From Cereibacter sphaeroides 2.4.1 (GTDB taxonomy: Bacteria; Pseudomonadota; Alphaproteobacteria; Rhodobacterales; Rhodobacteraceae): a stretch of 32,000 nt of DNA. Where the stretch lies: the NCBI RefSeq assembly GCF_000012905.2, contig NC_007493.2, positions 2,340,001 through 2,372,000 on the forward strand, in the 5' to 3' direction. The notes below the pieces were generated by a model. That model was not told the origin of the DNA and did not search any database. It was given only the letters and a program-made list of their open reading frames with translations. Numbering within the stretch: the stretch's first letter is position 1; each line of letters opens with the position of its first letter. The position numbers were made by a program, and so were the translations under genes. Below, in pieces: positions 7,667 through 16,441 of this stretch.

Positions 7667-8516
7667 CGTCTACCTGCAGATTTTCGAGACGCGGCGGCCC
7701 CAGCTGCTGCGTCTTGCTTATCGGATGCTGGGCTCCCATGCCGAGGCCGAAGATGTGGTACAGGAGGCATGGATCCGCTGGCAGGCCGCCGATCAGGCAC
7801 AGATCGCCATCCCGGCGGCTTGGTTGAACCGGGTGGTGTCGCGCCTCTGTCTGGACCTGATGCGCTCGGCCCGGCACCGTCGCGAGAGCTACATCGGGCC
7901 TTGGCTGCCCGAACCGCTGATTGAAGAGGAGGATGCCGATCACCGCCCGGACAACCTGACCCTGTCGCTGATGATGGCGCTGGAGCGGCTGTCCCCGCTG
8001 GAGCGTGCCGCCTTCCTTCTGCATGACGTCTTCGGCCAGTCCTTCGATGAGGTGGCGCTGGCCCTCGACCGCTCACCTTCAGCGGCACGCCAGCTGGCGG
8101 TGCGCGCGCGGGCACATGTCCATATCGACCGCCCGCGCTACAAGGTGGAGCGCGAGGCAGCGGAAGGCCTGACCCGCGCCTTCTTCGAGGCCTGCAAGAC
8201 GGGCGATGCGGCGGTTCTGTCGGGCCTCTTGGCCGAAGACGCGGTGCTGCATTCGGACGGTGGCGGCAAGGTCTACAACCTGCTGAACGTGATCGTGGGC
8301 GCCCAAAAGCTGCTGCGGATGTTCACCAGTCTGTCGCGCAAGCGGGGGGACGAGATGGAATTCGTGCAATTCACCTTGATCGACGCTCTTCCCGGCTATG
8401 TCTGGCGAATGGGAGACCAGATCCAGACCACCGCGCTGGAGGTCGAGGACGGCCGCATCACCCGGGTCTACACGACACGCAATCCCGACAAGCTGACCCG
8501 TATCAGGCTCAACTGA
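7626..8516 (+). CDS. ECF sigma factor, group ECF41 (SigJ-like) with fused C-terminal SnoaL-like regulatory domain
   Basis: Sigma2 and sigma4 regions are present, plus all three ECF41 signature motifs: WLPEP, DGGGK and NPDKL. No anti-sigma gene is adjacent. The start is uncertain: ATG 7626 gives a 41-nt overlap with the CMD gene, and GTG 7656 gives an 11-nt overlap. Confidence 0.85.
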   Translation: MPPSFRPSAPVSPDVYLQIFETRRPQLLRLAYRMLGSHAEAEDVVQEAWIRWQAADQAQIAIPAAWLNRVVSRLCLDLMRSARHRRESYIGPWLPEPLIEEEDADHRPDNLTLSLMMALERLSPLERAAFLLHDVFGQSFDEVALALDRSPSAARQLAVRARAHVHIDRPRYKVEREAAEGLTRAFFEACKTGDAAVLSGLLAEDAVLHSDGGGKVYNLLNVIVGAQKLLRMFTSLSRKRGDEMEFVQFTLIDALPGYVWRMGDQIQTTALEVEDGRITRVYTTRNPDKLTRIRLN

Positions 8517-8969
8517 TCGTGCCACAGGGGGGCGGCTTCCGGGTACGCGGCCACGCAGCATTGGTCGAGGCCGACCGGCAGCTTTGGGCCGGGTGCGCAT
8601 GGTTGGGCGAGCCGCGTCCTTCCGAGCGCGGTGTCCGCTAGATGCGCATCGCGGCCATCAGAACGCGGCACGGCGAAGGCGCGCAGGCAGCTCTGCGGAC
8701 ATGCGACCCTCCCGGAGCTGCCGCCGAAGCGGCCGCTTGCGCGTGCCGAAGCGTGAGGCGCGCGCAGCGCTTTGCTGACCGTCGAGCCCATTGCGGCATG
8801 GCCAGCGGCACCGACGCGGCAGGCGGGGAGCGGTCTGACGGCGGCGCGGCAGGGTGGTCGCAGAAACCCACGCTAGCGGACGCTCGCTCCGATGCAGCAA
8901 TTGGCAGCGATGCGGAGGAAGCGGACCGTAATTCCCAAGGGCGCCTTCCGATGTTGACGCCATTCACGT

Positions 8970-9353
8970 TCATTCAGGTCCCTGAAACACCGCTTCAACG
9001 TTGTTTCCAGCCGGATCGATGACGAAAGCCGCATAGTATCTGTCATGATAACTCGCGCGTACGCCCGGGGCGCCGTTGTCTATTCCGCCAGCGATCACGC
9101 CTGCGGCATGAAATGCCTGCACCTCTTCACGGCTCCCGGCACGAAAGGCCACATGAACCGGAGCGGGCTCTGTTCCCTGAACCTCAGTGAGGAAGAGCTC
9201 GACGCGGTCGCGCCCGAAGCCGGCAACATTGCCTTCGGCGCGCTCCACATAGAACCTCCTGTCTATGCCCAAGGTCGCGAGGGCTGCTTCATAGAACCGC
9301 CGGGTCTCTTCCAGACGGGTGGTTCTGAGGCTCACATGATCGAAAATGCTCAT
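8970..9353 (-). CDS. VOC (glyoxalase/bleomycin-resistance/dioxygenase) family protein
   Basis: 127 aa: MSIFDHVSLRTTRLEETRRFYEAALATLGI...HVAFRA...YYAAFVIDPAGNNVEAV, a typical VOC fold signature. Confidence 0.8.
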   Translation of the reverse strand: MSIFDHVSLRTTRLEETRRFYEAALATLGIDRRFYVERAEGNVAGFGRDRVELFLTEVQGTEPAPVHVAFRAGSREEVQAFHAAGVIAGGIDNGAPGVRASYHDRYYAAFVIDPAGNNVEAVFQGPE

Positions 9354-9397
9354 CCGGCTGTCCTTTCATTGACTGCCTTGATTGTCCGCAGGCGGTG

Positions 9398-10204
9398 TCA
9401 GACGGTCGGCAGCATTCCCCCGTCCAGGCGAAGGTTCGAGCCGGTGATGTAAGAGGCGCGGGGACTGGCGAGGAAGGCCACGGCATCCGCGATCTCATCC
9501 AGCGTGCCAACCCGTCCTGTGGGGACGCTCGCGAAGAGTGGAAGGGCCTCTGCTTCCACCACTTCCCATGGCGCTTCCGGCGCAATGCCCCGCTGCTGCG
9601 CCACCTCGCGAAACTTGCGGTCGAGCTTCTCGCTGTGGATCGTGCCGGGAGACACGGTATTCACGGTCACCCCATCGGCCGCAACGGCCTTGGCCATCGA
9701 GGCAGACATCGCCAGCATCGCGGCCTTGGCGGCCGAATAGTCCGGGTTGCCGGCAGGTGGCATCAGCGCGGCGAGGCTGGAAATGTTGATGATCCGTCCC
9801 CACCCGGCATGGCGCATCTGTGGCAGGACCGCCTTCGCAATGCGCATGGCCGCCAGCACGTTGGCATCATAAGTTGCTGCCCATGCGCCAGCCTTTGTCG
9901 TGGCCCAGTCCGAATTCCCGCCCGAGCCGCCTGCGTTGTTGACGAGGATGTCGATGTCTCCGATGGCGCGCACCTCAGCGAGAAGAGTATCAACCTCCGC
10001 TTCCTCTGTCAGATCCCCCGTCACGACATGCGCCGTTCCGCCGTCCTGCCGGATTTGCCGCGCCACGGCAGTCGCTTGTTCCCGGTCGCGCCCGTGAACC
10101 ATCACCACCGCGCCTGCGCGTGCCAGCCCGCGTGCGATACCGGCGCCGATGCCCTTGCTGCTTCCGGTCACCAAGGCAATCTTACCTTCGAGATGTAGAT
10201 TCAC
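9398..10204 (-). CDS. SDR-family oxidoreductase
   Basis: GKIALVTGSSKGIGAGIA is the TGxxxGxG motif. NNAG and a YSAAK catalytic motif are also present. The GTG start is preceded by AAGGAG. Confidence 0.85.
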   Translation of the reverse strand: MNLHLEGKIALVTGSSKGIGAGIARGLARAGAVVMVHGRDREQATAVARQIRQDGGTAHVVTGDLTEEAEVDTLLAEVRAIGDIDILVNNAGGSGGNSDWATTKAGAWAATYDANVLAAMRIAKAVLPQMRHAGWGRIINISSLAALMPPAGNPDYSAAKAAMLAMSASMAKAVAADGVTVNTVSPGTIHSEKLDRKFREVAQQRGIAPEAPWEVVEAEALPLFASVPTGRVGTLDEIADAVAFLASPRASYITGSNLRLDGGMLPTV

Positions 10205-10246
10205 GGTCGGGCTCCTTTTATGGTGAAGCCATGATGTAGGAACGAC

Positions 10247-10630
10247 ATGATGGACCCCTCAAGAACGCACAAAAAGGTGCCTGTGGCCGAGCTCGATCGG
10301 AGTGCCTGCCTCGGACCGGATGGCGCGGTGGCTCAGGTCGCCCGGTGCCTGAAGATGATCAGCGGACGATGGAAGCTGCCTATCCTTTTCCGACTTTATG
10401 CCGATGGGATGCAGCGCAGTTCCCTGCTCCTGCGCGACATTCCCGACGTTTCGCAGAAGATGCTGACCCAGCATCTGCGCGAACTCGAGGACGACGGACT
10501 GGTCCGGCGGACGGATTTCGGTGAAAAGCCCCCACGGGTGGAGTATCGCCTGACTGACCGTGGCGAAGCGCTGATGCCCGTGTTGCTTGCTGCACGCCAG
10601 TTCTCGGAGGAACACGATCGAGCTGTCTGA
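10247..10630 (+). CDS. HxlR-family winged-helix transcriptional regulator
   Basis: ISGRWKLPILFRL...QKMLTQHLRELEDDGLVRR...PPRVEYRLTDRG matches the family. The gene is divergent from the SDR gene across a 42-bp spacer. Confidence 0.85.
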   Translation: MMDPSRTHKKVPVAELDRSACLGPDGAVAQVARCLKMISGRWKLPILFRLYADGMQRSSLLLRDIPDVSQKMLTQHLRELEDDGLVRRTDFGEKPPRVEYRLTDRGEALMPVLLAARQFSEEHDRAV

Positions 10631-10903
10631 TCATGCGGGACCCGGCTCGCGCGATCCCCTTTCATCTGGGCGCTCTTGGGCAGGTGCTGCTATCCGTGCG
10701 TGCACCTGACGATGCCCGTTTCGGGCGGCCTCGGACTCTTGCTCTTTCGGCGTGAAGGCCCGCTTCGGGTCAAGCCTGCCTGCTGCGAGCCGGCCCAACG
10801 GACGGCAAGCGGCCTGTGGTTGCGGCATCCGCGGAGTGGCCGTAGCCGCAGTTCGCGGGTCTCCCTGTGGACGGTGCAGGACGCAAGAGGTGCCGCTGGT
10901 TGC

Positions 10904-11533
10904 TCAGGGTTGCGGTCGCTCCATCAGGACGAGGCGCAGCCCCACTGCAACGAGCAGGCCACCCGCAGTCCGCTCCAGCCAACCCCGCAGCTTCAGCGAC
11001 TGGCGCAGGCGATAGCCTATCGATCCCGCCAGAAGTGCCATTCCTCCCTCGACCACCAAGGCCACCACCCGCATGAGGATGCCCAGGAAAACGAATTGGG
11101 CCATCACCGATCCGTCTTCCGGGCGGACGAACTGCGGCAGGAAGGCCAGAAGGAAAATATGACTCTTGGGGTTCACAAGGCTGGCGATGAAACCTTCCTT
11201 GATTGCGGCTCCAGTAGAGGCATGATCGGCCGAAACGGTATCTCCCTGTCCTGCATTGCGGATCATCACGATCCCGCGCCACATCAGATATGCACCACCG
11301 CCATAACGCAGGACGTCGAAAAGCGCGGGGCTGCCAGCAACGACGTTGGCAAGTCCAAAGGCAAGCAGCGGCACCTGGATGAAGCCCGCGAGAAAGAAGC
11401 CGAAAGCGGTGAACAGGGCGGCGGCCCGACCTTGAGAGATGCCGCGCCCCACGATCAGGAAAAGATCGGGGCCGGGCGTGATCGTCAGAACGATCACCGC
11501 AGACACGAACATGAAGAGTGTGACGCAATCCAT
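10904..11533 (-). CDS. LysE/RhtB-family amino-acid (or homoserine-lactone) exporter
   Basis: MDCVTLFMFVSAVIVLTITPGPDLFLIVGRGISQG...NPKSHIFLLAFLPQFV matches the family. I placed the start at the ATG 11533; the upstream part of the track ORF is junk. The gene is visibly lower in GC than the core genes. Confidence 0.8.
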   Translation of the reverse strand: MDCVTLFMFVSAVIVLTITPGPDLFLIVGRGISQGRAAALFTAFGFFLAGFIQVPLLAFGLANVVAGSPALFDVLRYGGGAYLMWRGIVMIRNAGQGDTVSADHASTGAAIKEGFIASLVNPKSHIFLLAFLPQFVRPEDGSVMAQFVFLGILMRVVALVVEGGMALLAGSIGYRLRQSLKLRGWLERTAGGLLVAVGLRLVLMERPQP

Positions 11534-11820
11534 TTCAAAACGCCCACAGATGGAGGATAACGCACTTTTACAGAGCACCTGACCGTGCGCAACGGAGTGC
11601 GAGCGCCTCTTGCTGCGACTCGCTTCACCGGCGGTCTGCGCACGGCTTCCGTCGCAGGCTCGGGTATCTGCAAGCCTTCGCTGACCTCTGACCATGACTG
11701 CCGCAGCCTGCCAGTCGTTGATTGCCGCCCCGACAGACAGTCAGATGACTTCGCAGCCATTGCTGCCATGGCCTTGCTCTCTTATCCTCACGGCATCCCG
11801 CGAACACTGGAAGCCGCAGC

Positions 11821-12333
11821 ATGAATTTCCGCACCGGGCAGCCGTCTGACGCAGCTGCTCTTGCCGCAATTTCAATCGAAGTCTGGCTGGGGACCTATAT
11901 GCGGAAAGGCGTCAGCGCCTTCTTTGCTGAATATGCCTTGAATGAGTTCACATCGACAAAGATGGCGTCACTGCTGAAGGATCCGAATGAGCATGTGATT
12001 GTGTCGGAAAACGAAGGCGGAATTGACGCATTCATCCGCCTCGGTCAAGGCAGAGCAGCTCCTGTCTCCGGCTGTTCGACCTTGGAGATAGCAACTCTCT
12101 ACGTTCAGCCGAGACACCACAGGAGGGGACTCGGGCGCGCCCTTCTCGAGCAGGGCCTGGCCTACGCACGTCAAGCAAGTGCTCCATCGGTCTGGTTGAC
12201 AACCAATTCCGAAAATGCACCAGCGATTGCATTCTATCTCGAGCAGGGTTTTGAGAAGGTCGGCACCACGCACTTCAATATCGGGGATCAGGCGTACCTG
12301 AACGATGTCTTCAGACGCATCGTGTCAATGTGA
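11821..12333 (+). CDS. GNAT-family N-acetyltransferase
   Basis: 170 aa. LYVQPRHHRRGLGRALLEQGLAYAR is the acetyl-CoA binding Q/RxxGxG/A motif, and AIAFYLEQGFEKVG follows. This is the lowest-GC stretch in the window by eye. Confidence 0.8.
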   Translation: MNFRTGQPSDAAALAAISIEVWLGTYMRKGVSAFFAEYALNEFTSTKMASLLKDPNEHVIVSENEGGIDAFIRLGQGRAAPVSGCSTLEIATLYVQPRHHRRGLGRALLEQGLAYARQASAPSVWLTTNSENAPAIAFYLEQGFEKVGTTHFNIGDQAYLNDVFRRIVSM

Positions 12334-12741
12334 ACACCCTCGACCGGCAGCCAGGGGCTACTCAGCCTCTCGCCGAGACGTGCCTGAACGGCGGTTTCGG
12401 AGGGCCCCGTGCGGTGAACGAGCTTCGGCTCAGGGCCGAAAGCTGCGGGTGATGCGGCTGGGGATGTGCGATCAGCAACAACCGCTTCCTGTGCATCACA
12501 TCGCTCCCGGAATGCACCGAGGGCGGCCGGATGCACCAGATTCCGCGAATGGACTGCAGCGACCTCGCAGGTCGCTCCCCGTTCAAGCGCACCGCGATCC
12601 TGCCTGGCGGCACCCTCTGGACTTGAGATGGGCCGCTGCGGAATCGGCGGCTCCTACCGCTCATCGTTGCAGTTGAGCTCTCCCAAGCCTTGGCGCATCT
12701 GCTCGACGTCTGCACCGTGGTGCGTGTTCAGGCGCTTCCGG

Positions 12742-13659
12742 TCACTCGATCGTCAAGACGATCTTGCCGCGCACACGGCCCGCTGCGGACAAGGCGAGCG
12801 CCGCCTTGACGTCGACAAAGGGGAAGGTCTTCTCGACGTGGGGTGTAACTTTGCCTGCCTCGACGAGCGCCGTAATTGCCCGGATGCTGCCGGCATTCGC
12901 CGCCGTGAAAGCCCGCTTGACGCGCACTCCGTGGGCTTTGGCTTCCTCTCCGTCGGGGAAGGCCACAATCGTGACCATAATCCCGCCCTTTCTCAACGTC
13001 GTGAGGGCTCGCTGGAACGTGTCGCCTCCGACGGTGTCGAGCACCACATCCATGTCATGGACGATCTCCTCGAACGGCCTCGCAGTATAGTCGACCACCT
13101 CATCGGCGCCGAGGGCGCGAACGAACTCCGCGTTGCGCGCCGAGGTCATGGCTGTGACATGCGCGCCCTTGGCTTTGGCCAGTTGAACGGCAAGCGAGCC
13201 GACGCCACCGGACGCGCCGGTGATCAGCAGGCGTTGACCGGCGCGGAGCCCCGCTTCATCGAACATGGCCTGCCAAGCCGTCGTGCCCGCGAGCGGCAGC
13301 GCCGCCGCCTGCGTGATGTCGAGATTTCCGGGCTTGCGCACGATATCGGCCGCATTGACCGCGACATATTGCGAGAAGGCGCCGGTCCTGACCATGCCGA
13401 AGACGATCTCCCCGCGCTCGAAGCCCGCGACGCCTGGGCCGATGTCCTCGATCGCGCCGACGAACTCGCCGCCCAGATGGATCGGAAGCGTCAGCCCCAT
13501 CCGTTCCCCCGCTCCGTCCCGGATCTTCCAGTCGATCGGGTTGACCCCCGCGGCGCTGACCTTGATCAGCACCTCGCCGGCCTGAGGGGAGGGACGTTCC
13601 ACCTCCGCCACCTCCACCACGTCGTTGGCGCCATAGGCGTTGATGAGGACCGTGAGCAT
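12742..13659 (-). CDS. NADPH:quinone oxidoreductase-like medium-chain dehydrogenase/reductase (MDR)
   Basis: 305 aa with a GroES-like N-terminus (EVLIKVSAAGVNPIDWKIR) and a Rossmann motif (LITGASGGVGSLAVQLAK). Confidence 0.85.
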   Translation of the reverse strand: MLTVLINAYGANDVVEVAEVERPSPQAGEVLIKVSAAGVNPIDWKIRDGAGERMGLTLPIHLGGEFVGAIEDIGPGVAGFERGEIVFGMVRTGAFSQYVAVNAADIVRKPGNLDITQAAALPLAGTTAWQAMFDEAGLRAGQRLLITGASGGVGSLAVQLAKAKGAHVTAMTSARNAEFVRALGADEVVDYTARPFEEIVHDMDVVLDTVGGDTFQRALTTLRKGGIMVTIVAFPDGEEAKAHGVRVKRAFTAANAGSIRAITALVEAGKVTPHVEKTFPFVDVKAALALSAAGRVRGKIVLTIE

Positions 13660-13752
13660 GCGTTGACCTTGTCGCTTGGTGATCGTTCCCTGTCCTGCTA
13701 GCAGAGTCTCTCATCGACGTGTCGCCAACCTGCATCGCGGAACCGCCACCCC

Positions 13753-14496
13753 ATGACGCGGCCCTTCACCTTGACGCGCCTGCGTAAGCCGCGCGGAGAG
13801 AGCCTGCCGGACCATTCCCACGGCGCGGCCCAGCTGACCTTCGCCGCCTCCGGCATGGTGCAGGTCCGCACGGAGGACGGCGTCTGGCTGGTTCCGCCCC
13901 AGCTGGCGGCCTGGATCCCGCCGGGTGCACCGCATCGTCTGGACATCCTGACAGATGCCGATCTGTGGATGATCTTCTGGGAGCCGTCGGCAATGGCCTG
14001 CTGGATGCCCGGGACCTTCCCCGCCCGCGCCTTCGTCTCGCGCGTGTCGCCGCTGCTGCGCTCGCTTCTGGATGCGGCCACGGCGGCCGATCCGGCATCG
14101 GAGAGGGTGGAGCTCATGGTCAGGCTGATCCTTCACGAATTGACAGCGACCGAGGAGGCGCCCACCTTCCTTCCGCGGCCGACGAGCGCGGAGGCTCGGC
14201 GCGTGGCGGATCTCGCGCTCGCTGACCGCCGTAACGAGCTGGACCTCGACACCCTTGCGCGCCGCGCGGCGACCTCTGTCCGCACGGCCAGCCGGCGGTT
14301 TCCGGAGGAGACCGGGATGACGCTGAAGGCCTGGCGCCAGCGCGCGCGCATCCTGTGGGCGATGACGCAACTCGGACAGGGCCAGCCCATCGCCCGGGTG
14401 GCCCGCGACGCGGGCTTCGCCAGCACGGCCGCCTTCTCTCATGCCTTCAGGCAGGTCACGACCGTCACGCCAAGCGCATTCCTCTCCCCGCCCTGA
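13753..14496 (+). CDS. AraC-family transcriptional regulator (cupin N-terminal domain)
   Basis: The cupin-like N-terminus reads HSHGAAQLTFAASG. The C-terminal AraC HTH reads TLARRAATSVRTASRRFPEETGMTLKAWRQRARI...GFASTAAFSHAFRQVTG-like. The gene is divergent from the MDR gene. Confidence 0.8.
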   Translation: MTRPFTLTRLRKPRGESLPDHSHGAAQLTFAASGMVQVRTEDGVWLVPPQLAAWIPPGAPHRLDILTDADLWMIFWEPSAMACWMPGTFPARAFVSRVSPLLRSLLDAATAADPASERVELMVRLILHELTATEEAPTFLPRPTSAEARRVADLALADRRNELDLDTLARRAATSVRTASRRFPEETGMTLKAWRQRARILWAMTQLGQGQPIARVARDAGFASTAAFSHAFRQVTTVTPSAFLSPP

Positions 14497-14834
14497 CGGG
14501 CCGCCTGTGCCTCCGATCTGGCTGCTGCGCCTGAACGGGAAAGCCGCATTGGGTGGCTGCTCCGCACCGCTGCGCGCGGCTTCGAGTAGCAGCAATGGGC
14601 CGGGTTCATCGGCCGCGCCAGGCGTGCCGCCCCGCACGCCATGTCCGCTCCTTGCACATGGCAGAGGGTCCGGCACGCCTCGGGTGCCGAACCAACGGCG
14701 AGACCGGCAGAGGCCGTCGAGAAACTCCCGGTCGGCTGCGCTGCTTGAACCCTTCCCATCAACCCAACCGGCGCAACGGTCCGGAACATCTTGACCTGTA
14801 CCGCATTAACGGCATCCGAAGAGAGGAGTTCGAC

Positions 14835-15107
14835 ATGGGATTTCTGGCACTTGACGTGACAAGGACGGGAGTGGTGCTGCGCAAGTTCGATGAACGCGGG
14901 ACGCGGATCCTCGAGCGCTTCAACACGCATGAGGTGGGGATGCGCCGGGCCCTGATCACGGCGCAGCGCGAGCTTGCCCGCGACGACGACCTGACTGAGG
15001 TTAGGGCAAATGTTCAGGAGCCCGAGCTGGCGCAGCGCCTCAAGCACTGTGTGACGACCGAAGCCAGTGACGGCGGCAAGCTTCAGGCGCTCGCAGACGC
15101 GCTCTGA
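14835..15107 (+). CDS. Hypothetical small protein (90 aa)
   Basis: The ATG at 14835 is preceded by GAGAGGAG with a 6-nt spacing. It is the in-frame part of track ORF 14553..15107. I recognised no family. Confidence 0.35.
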   Translation: MGFLALDVTRTGVVLRKFDERGTRILERFNTHEVGMRRALITAQRELARDDDLTEVRANVQEPELAQRLKHCVTTEASDGGKLQALADAL

Positions 15108-15576
15108 GTAGTGACGCCTGGCGCCTGTGGACGCGGGATGGTCAAGCCGCCCGCGCCTTCGCCGGCGCCCGAGAGCGCGGCCGAGATCGCACCATGGCCC
15201 TCGGCTTCGAGGAACCGGGCGGCGTTGTCCGGGGCGCCCTTGGTGCGGGCGAGCGCCTGGACCATGAAGCTTACAGCCACCCCGTGATGCGCCGGATCGG
15301 ACGCCACGGACGCCACGGCCGGCACGGCATCCGCGCAGCCGGAGAGCCCCGCCGCGGGCGAGGATGGGAAAGGGGCGACGGGGGAAGCCAGACGTCTCGG
15401 CTTAGGCGCGACGGGGACAAAGGCCGCGCGTCAAGGCGACGTCCGGGCACGACCCCGAGGCCGCTTTCGGAGCCGCGCCTCCTGCAGGGCGTCTCATCGT
15501 CGCAATTGAAGAGCGGTTCGAGCGAAGGATTGAAGGTGGCGGACTTTTTCGAAGGCTTCACGGAGCAGGCTGAACC

Positions 15577-15963
15577 ATGACGAAAACCGAGATCACCGAA
15601 GCCCACCGCGCCTATATCGCCTGCCTGAACCGTCAGGACTGGGAGAGGATTCACGAGCATGTGGCCGACCGGGTGACATATAATGGGGCCGTCATCGGGG
15701 TGCACGGCTACAGGAAGATGCTCGTCGAGGATTTTCGCGCGATCCCCGATCTTGCCTTCAACATCGCCCTGCTGGTCTGCGACCCTCCGGTCATCGCCAG
15801 CCGGCTGATCTTCGACTGCACGCCGAAAGACGTGCTCTTCGGATTGCCCGTGAATGGGAAACGTGTGCGGTTCGAGGAGAACGTCTTCTACCAATATCAG
15901 CAAGGGAAGATTGCGGCCGTCTGGTCGATCATCGACAAGGCGGCCGTGGCTGCACAACTCTGA
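15577..15963 (+). CDS. SnoaL-like ester cyclase / NTF2-fold protein
   Basis: 128 aa: AYIACLNRQDWERIHEHVADRVTYNG...YRKMLVEDFRAIPDLAFNI...ENVFYQYQQGKIAAVWSIID, the typical ester-cyclase pattern. Confidence 0.75.
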   Translation: MTKTEITEAHRAYIACLNRQDWERIHEHVADRVTYNGAVIGVHGYRKMLVEDFRAIPDLAFNIALLVCDPPVIASRLIFDCTPKDVLFGLPVNGKRVRFEENVFYQYQQGKIAAVWSIIDKAAVAAQL

Positions 15964-16441
15964 ATGCCTGCCGGAAGGGAGGCTCGGCCATGATGAGCGG
16001 CGCTCGGGCTGAAGGCGCACTCCGGGCTGGTTCATCGCTCCGACCGTCGCGGTTACATGATGCCGCGCCCATTCAAGCGGTCGATCGGATGGTCGGGCAT
16101 GACGCATCGGAGCCGCTATCGGGAGCGGCTCGCCGCGGCTTGCGGTCGCAGAGCTCCGGACCTGCCGCAGCGGGATCAGCCGGCAATGCCGGGCACGGGG
16201 AGTGCGGACTGCCCGGATATGAGTGATCTCGACCGATCTGAAACTGTCCGGTTTTGCCGCGGCTCAGGGCCTCCCGATATTGACCGCGCGGCCACATTCT
16301 CGGCGGGCGCCATGAAGATTGACGCACCCGGGCCGCCGCAAACCCCGGTGCGGCGCGGTGCGACCCTACGGCTTTTGGACATTGCGGTGCCGGGTGGCGG
16401 GCTCTAGTCTTCGCGCCATTCTATTGAAGTGACCGGGTTTC

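Noticed and set aside
8590-8598. A 9-nt match (cgggtgcgc) to the acceptor 3' strand of tRNA-Arg, just past the ECF41 gene. It could be an attR of a smaller island.
   Set aside because: A GC-rich 9-mer match is expected by chance many times in 32 kb, and there is no extended identity on either side.
12336-12617. A Cys-containing + strand reading stretch (…CGWGCAISNNRFLCITSLPECTEGG…) in the spacer after the GNAT gene
   Set aside because: It is interrupted by an in-frame stop and has no start codon, no RBS and no recognisable family. It is treated as non-coding or decayed DNA.
15296-15316. Short tandem repeat gacgccacg x2 (plus a degenerate third unit)
   Set aside because: There are only two exact 9-nt units in a GC-rich spacer, with no sign of a larger array or of function.
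15083-15325. An 80-aa minus-strand ORF whose middle (SFMVQALARTKGAPDNAARFLEAEGHGAISAALSGAGEGAGGLTIP) vaguely recalls the N-terminal region of HK97-family phage major capsid proteins
   Set aside because: The resemblance is about 45 aa, recalled from memory only. The ORF uses a GTG start without an RBS, no other phage structural genes flank it, and it overlaps the convergent small ORF 14835..15107. It is worth a BLASTX but is not reportable as a feature.
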